DNA from: Balanoglossus misakiensis
Lineage: Eukaryota > Animalia > Hemichordata
DNA: 64,000 nt
Reading direction: 5' to 3'
NCBI GenBank assembly: GCA_040954595.2
Contig: CM082592.2
Span: 1,302,001 to 1,366,000, forward strand
Shown here: positions 61,251 to 64,000 of the stretch, piece by piece
Position numbering within the stretch: position 1 is the stretch's first letter
How the letters are laid out: each line of letters begins with the position of its first letter
The notes under the pieces: model-generated
Seen by the model: only the letters and a program-made list of their open reading frames with translations
Told to the model about the DNA's origin: nothing
Databases searched by the model: none
Made by a program: the position numbers and the translations under genes

Positions 61251-61685
61251 ACACACATGTTAGTGAATGGAACATGTAAATCCAGTACATGCCTGTTACC
61301 ATGCATGAATTTCCACACAGATAGAGCCTTGGCACTTTGAGAGATTGAGTGTCACCTAATTCTTTACTATCAATCACGTGATCTGGCCATGTGACCCATG
61401 AAATTGTCATACTTTAGAACCTTCAAACATGTAACATGTATCAGGCATGGTGCCTCATCAGCCTCATAGCATTTCGTAGATACAGTCTTTGTCTGCACTA
61501 CGTTGCTGAAGTTAACCATCAGCTGGAAATTTGAACGCCAACGTAACTGCGTCTGAACGCATCTGATAAATGGAGTCTAACATGCTACCTCATAAGTCAT
61601 GTACTGTACATATCTAATTCCAAGCTAACCATCAATGGGGCTAGACTAGATGTTTAGTTTTTGTTGAACATTGACCAGTATGGTG

Positions 61686-61829
61686 TTGAAAATTTTTGCC
61701 CAAATTGTTGGTGATCACTGGTGACCTTTGACCTACTTTTCCATATCTTGGTATCCACAGCAGATACAGCCTTGCCATCTGCTGGTTACCACCATATGGG
61801 CCCCACCAGCGCTGCTTGCAGCTTTAATT
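61686..61829 (+). mobile_element. Helentron-like 3' fragment
   Basis: Reverse-complement homolog of 22155-22300; ends GCTGCTTGCAGCTTTAATT. Confidence 0.6.
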
Positions 61830-62806
61830 TTGGATTGTATTCACTCAGTGTACATTCAAGTTTGAAAAGTGTACTGACCTTTGAAAGGAGAACCCCCCTC
61901 CCCCTGCTGAATAGTTCAAGTTTTAAATAGACACCATGCTTATACCTTTACTTTTGGATATATATATTTTCAAATACAGAGTTGTGAAAATGTTACCAAA
62001 CTAAAAGTCTAACCAGTCAGTCAGTTGGTGAGTTTCTTACTATTATTGGAAGCTCCGTTTTCCTTAGCAAGTAAACACATTGAAAGTTTAAGCAATGCTT
62101 TAGTGGCTTTTAGTTCCGATTTTGGTATGTTTACATACCATGGGACCTTATGGAATCAGTTGCGTCTGTATGTATGGATATACCGGTATGTCAGTTTAGG
62201 CATGATGGGAAAGTTCCATTATAAGTTGGGACCTCACTTCTTCTCAAGGGATTAATCATATTCAATGCAAATAATACTCACTTGACACCAAAATCTTAAT
62301 TATTGCGTCAATTTTGACGCAAATGAACAGCCGCTTCAGCTGTAAAATGGTCAACGTAAACTATTCGCATATCAGCTGACATGTTTCTAAAAATAGCACA
62401 GTGGGTCTGGGATCAAAACAACCTCCGGTGCGCGCGAACTTTGTACTAAAAATGTAACGACCACTAATGCACATGACGTTTTGCACACAAAATGTTGCTA
62501 ATTTGTGTGAATATTAAACTACCGTAGACAAGTGTATGACGCAGGTTGAAAAGAGTTTGACACAATTATTTGATGAATGCACAAATATACGCACTCGCAA
62601 TAAATGTTACCGTGACCTTTGACCACATGTAGTGTCCTTCACAGTATTTTTATTTAGCCAGACTTGAAAGATTTGGTTTCTATGCCATGACAATACCAAT
62701 AAGTGAATAACATAGTGAAACACGTATCATTTAATCGCCCATATTTCCTATTTAATGATAAACCCAAACCATTAATGCAAGTCCCACTATCCCTGTCGTT
62801 TAACTT

Positions 62807-63027
62807 CTACGTAGCCATAACCTCCACTTCGCACATGTGCAATTGTTGTTCACGATCGATGAGTTGGACACTGACGTATCGTCCCCTCATTGGAGTCTCA
62901 CAGCCACACCTAATGTGAATAGGCTGCGTCTTGGCCATTCTGCCAAGTATCATCATCCCGCACACTGGATTGTCGTGGAAGTTGGCACTGTCGCCGACAC
63001 GGATCTCGGCATTCTTGATACGGAAGG
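62807..63027 (-). CDS. F-type lectin (fucolectin) gene, terminal coding exon
   Basis: cag acceptor, (P)FRIKNAEIRVG...CG...IRCG...MRGRYVSVQL...LHMCEVEVMAT*. Confidence 0.92.
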
Positions 63028-63094
63028 CTGCACAGTTGAACAGACCAGAACAGCAATGTAAGAAAAGAGGCAACAGAGTTGATATTAGATTGTA

Positions 63095-63380
63095 GATAGG
63101 TTGGCAGGTAGGTAGATATGAAGGAAGGAAGGTAGGTAAATAGGTAGGTAGATATATTACCAGAGAGATAGATAAACATACAGGGTGGTTGAGGTAGGCC
63201 AGCTGGTAGGTTAGACATACAGTAGGTAAGCAGATAGAGTTAGGTTTGTAGGTAAGAAGCTCACATGAAACAGCTATTTGTTGGTTGGTCTATGCAGGTT
63301 CTCAACCCCTTAATTAGCTGCATGTGTCTCCACCGGTAGAAGGTACCGGTAGATAGGATTGTAGGTAAGGTATAGATAGA
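63095..63380. repeat. Degenerate (AGGT/AGAT)n tract in the F-lectin intron
   Basis: Directly visible. Confidence 0.65.
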
Positions 63381-63487
63381 TCCATCCATGAAAGTTTGTG
63401 ACCAGGCTAATCGACAGTACACTGTCATATAATCTACTTCTTAGCGGCCACATGAGTTCTACTGAATTTGAACGAGTCAATACTCAC

Positions 63488-63727
63488 GGCAGCAATCTTG
63501 TCTGTTAGTAATGACAACTTCGTAGATGTCGAAAGACTGTTGGAGATCCACTTTCCACCATGGCTGGAACTCCTTGTTTGTCCAGGAACACGCCCCAGAA
63601 GTGACGTCACTGTTGTAGTCCCCATCAACAGCATTTGAAGCCGCTGAATCCTTCTTCGGCTTGTCTGAACTCTGAGTGGCTATTTTACCTTGCGCGACGT
63701 TGTGCAGACCGGAAGGGAACTCACACG
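63488..63727 (-). CDS. F-type lectin (fucolectin) gene, penultimate exon; gene continues beyond the right edge
   Basis: NVAQGKIATQSS...ASNAVDG...CSWT...PWWKVDL...VVITNRQDCC; 240 nt, phase 1-1, bounded by cag and gtgagt. Confidence 0.92.
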
Positions 63728-64000
63728 CTGGTTAAATAGAGAATATGCAACGATCAGTCAAGAACAAGGGTGATCAGTCTCATCGTGCAGCAACGAGAAC
63801 AAGACAATCAACATCAATTCTGGCTCCCCTAAATAGGTATTTGACTAGCTAGGTGAGTGATGAAAATCTCATGTGGCTGACACAATATTAAGATGGCCGA
63901 TTTTTCCCATATTTAAGAAATGGAAGTTCATATGCGATGGTCATACTGAAACTTTGTAAAAATTGCTAACTACAAAGACAGACATCATTGACCAAAGGAA

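Noticed and set aside
63585-63600. Apparent frameshift in the F-lectin exon (missing from the ORF track)
   Set aside because: Recounting gives TCT GGG GCG TGT in frame; the exon simply lacks an early start codon.

Overview
This is AT-rich, intron-containing animal genomic DNA, probably from a marine invertebrate deuterostome (an inference from gene and transposon content). It is not prokaryotic; I saw no CRISPR array, rRNA or tRNA. Host genes: (1) the first 8 coding exons of a xanthine dehydrogenase/aldehyde oxidase gene on the minus strand (250-10209, running off the left edge), with a U12-type intron 2; (2) a secreted C-type lectin + 2x PAN/Apple gene on the plus strand (34029-38772, last exon not resolved), plus an orphan duplicate of its upstream region and exon 1; (3) the last two exons of an F-type lectin gene on the minus strand (62807-63727). 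The rest is nested, mostly dead transposons: two Gypsy relics, a structurally complete DIRS element, an Ngaro-like relic, four LINE copies, an intron-containing Ginger-like integrase fragment, and non-autonomous Harbinger-, Academ-, IS3EU-, Kolobok-, Crypton- and Helentron-like elements. Several insertions can be excised on paper to restore the host reading frame, which gives an insertion order. I found no wholly new biological system. The most interesting signals are the lectin architecture, recoding elements (a -1 frameshift site and a 2A-like motif), the DIRS circle-junction record, the spliced integrase and the hairpin-ended TAG...CTA elements. TE superfamily names rest on terminal signatures and recalled motifs, not on database searches.
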